Shown here one piece after another: positions 7,179 to 7,794 of a stretch of DNA of 7,794 nt (positions within the stretch are counted from its first letter, which is position 1; each line of letters begins with the position of its first letter). The stretch spans positions 1 through 7,794 of the forward strand of contig JADGIF010000483.1 of assembly GCA_018985225.1 (NCBI GenBank). The letters are read 5' to 3'. Source of the DNA: Amoeboradix gromovi X-113. Its lineage: Eukaryota > Fungi > Sanchytriomycota. The notes below the pieces were generated by a model. The model saw nothing but the letters and a program-made list of their open reading frames with translations. It was not told the origin of the DNA and made no database searches. The translations under genes and the position numbers were made by a program.

Positions 7179-7540
7179 AAATTAAAACAATTTCCAAAAC
7201 CCAACAAGGTGACACTAGATCATAAATATGAACTTATGATATGGTTAAATGCACTTAAACAAGGATCTCTAGTACGATTGGGTTACTTCTATCCATTGGG
7301 TTCTTTTAAAGATAATATCATTGCCATGGATTTGAAATCTTTTGTAAAAATGATGAATTGTTCTTTTTCAAAAGTGTTTAAAGAAGCCTGTAGTTATACC
7401 AAAGGTAATATTGAAGTGGATATTACTAATATTAGAACAGACGGTTACTCACTTCAATTTATTAAAAAGTATACAACAGAACAACCAAAATATGCGTACC
7501 AAAAAGAATTCTACGATGAAGAAAAAGACGAGACCACTGT

Positions 7541-7560
7541 GTAAATAAGACATGTACAAG
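7541..7560 (+). other. Candidate 20-nt intron in the Fanzor-like gene: GTAAATAAGACATGTACAAG
   Basis: GTAA...AG, the same length as the AlaRS intron. Removal deletes the TAA at 7542-7544 and joins the TDG-containing frame to the IDPG-containing frame. A simple 1-nt deletion is an equally valid explanation. Confidence 0.4.
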
Positions 7561-7794
7561 AGATAAAATCAAGACTATTAATGCAGAAGATAAACCTACC
7601 TTTGGCCGCATTAAGAAATACAAAGCACTAGCAGAGCAAGATTATGGCACTAGACTTTTGCATAAAGTATGTCAAGTCCCAGAAACCCGATATCGATTAG
7701 CTGCTTTGGGAAAGTGTACAATAGATCCAGGTAAAAAACAAGTCTATGCTGTTTTAAATGAAGCACAAGGAAAAACAGTGGCCATGTCCAAAGA

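Larger units (their letters stand above)
6381..7794 (+). mobile_element. Left part of a putative Fanzor-carrying transposable element (boundary approximate)
   Basis: Carries the Fanzor-like ORF and has lower GC than the host gene (hand count: 47/180 at 6721-6900 versus 69/180 at 3721-3900). Imperfect palindromes occur at 6381-6401 and 6428-6455. No transposase, TSD or matching terminus is visible in the window. Confidence 0.45.
6501..7794 (+). pseudogene. Fanzor1-like (eukaryotic TnpB-family) RNA-guided endonuclease gene, interrupted, 3'-truncated by the window edge
   Basis: ORFs 6381-7031 and 7032-7544 are in the same frame, separated only by one TAG. A third frame is open from 7520 to the window end. 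Motifs in order: KRKRP (6543-6557), KIITMTLKRAL, LSTNINL...YF, GYFYPLGSFKDNIIAMD (7281-7331), IRTDGYS (from 7431) and TIDPGKKQVYA (Asp codon 7724-7726, RuvC-I). Confidence 0.78.

Noticed and set aside
7010-7207. Minus-strand hydrophobic 65-aa ORF
   Set aside because: Antisense of the A-rich, Lys/Glu-rich Fanzor segment and its tandem repeat.
1-7794. CRISPR array, tRNA, rRNA, omegaRNA or prokaryotic operon signals
   Set aside because: No repeat-spacer array or RNA-gene structure was seen. Gene content and the intron indicate a eukaryote, and a Fanzor omegaRNA would be expected 3' of the ORF, outside the window.

Overview
This is a gene-dense, AT-rich window from a compact eukaryotic genome, most plausibly an early-diverging fungus or relative (inferred from the gene set, not proven). 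Four host genes are supported: a PIM/PAS-kinase-like Ser/Thr kinase (368-1525, +), an orphan 7-TM membrane protein (1597-2421, -), alanyl-tRNA synthetase (join 3209-5800,5821-5994, +) and a soluble Irc21/CYB5R4-type cytochrome b5 protein (5996-6358, -). The AlaRS C-terminus is missed by the ORF track because it lies beyond a 20-nt GT-AG intron. The main discovery is at the right end (6501->7794, +). Two ORF-track fragments and an unannotated third open frame join into one Fanzor1-like protein, a eukaryotic TnpB-derived RNA-guided endonuclease. It has an N-terminal KRKRP NLS-like motif, a YPL..F....I.MD motif, IRTDGYS and the RuvC-I IDPG motif. It is interrupted by an in-frame TAG (7029-7031) and by a frame change that a second 20-nt GT-AG segment (7541-7560) would repair. 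The remaining RuvC motifs, any omegaRNA and the element's right end would lie beyond the window. All family assignments come from motif recognition; no searches were run.
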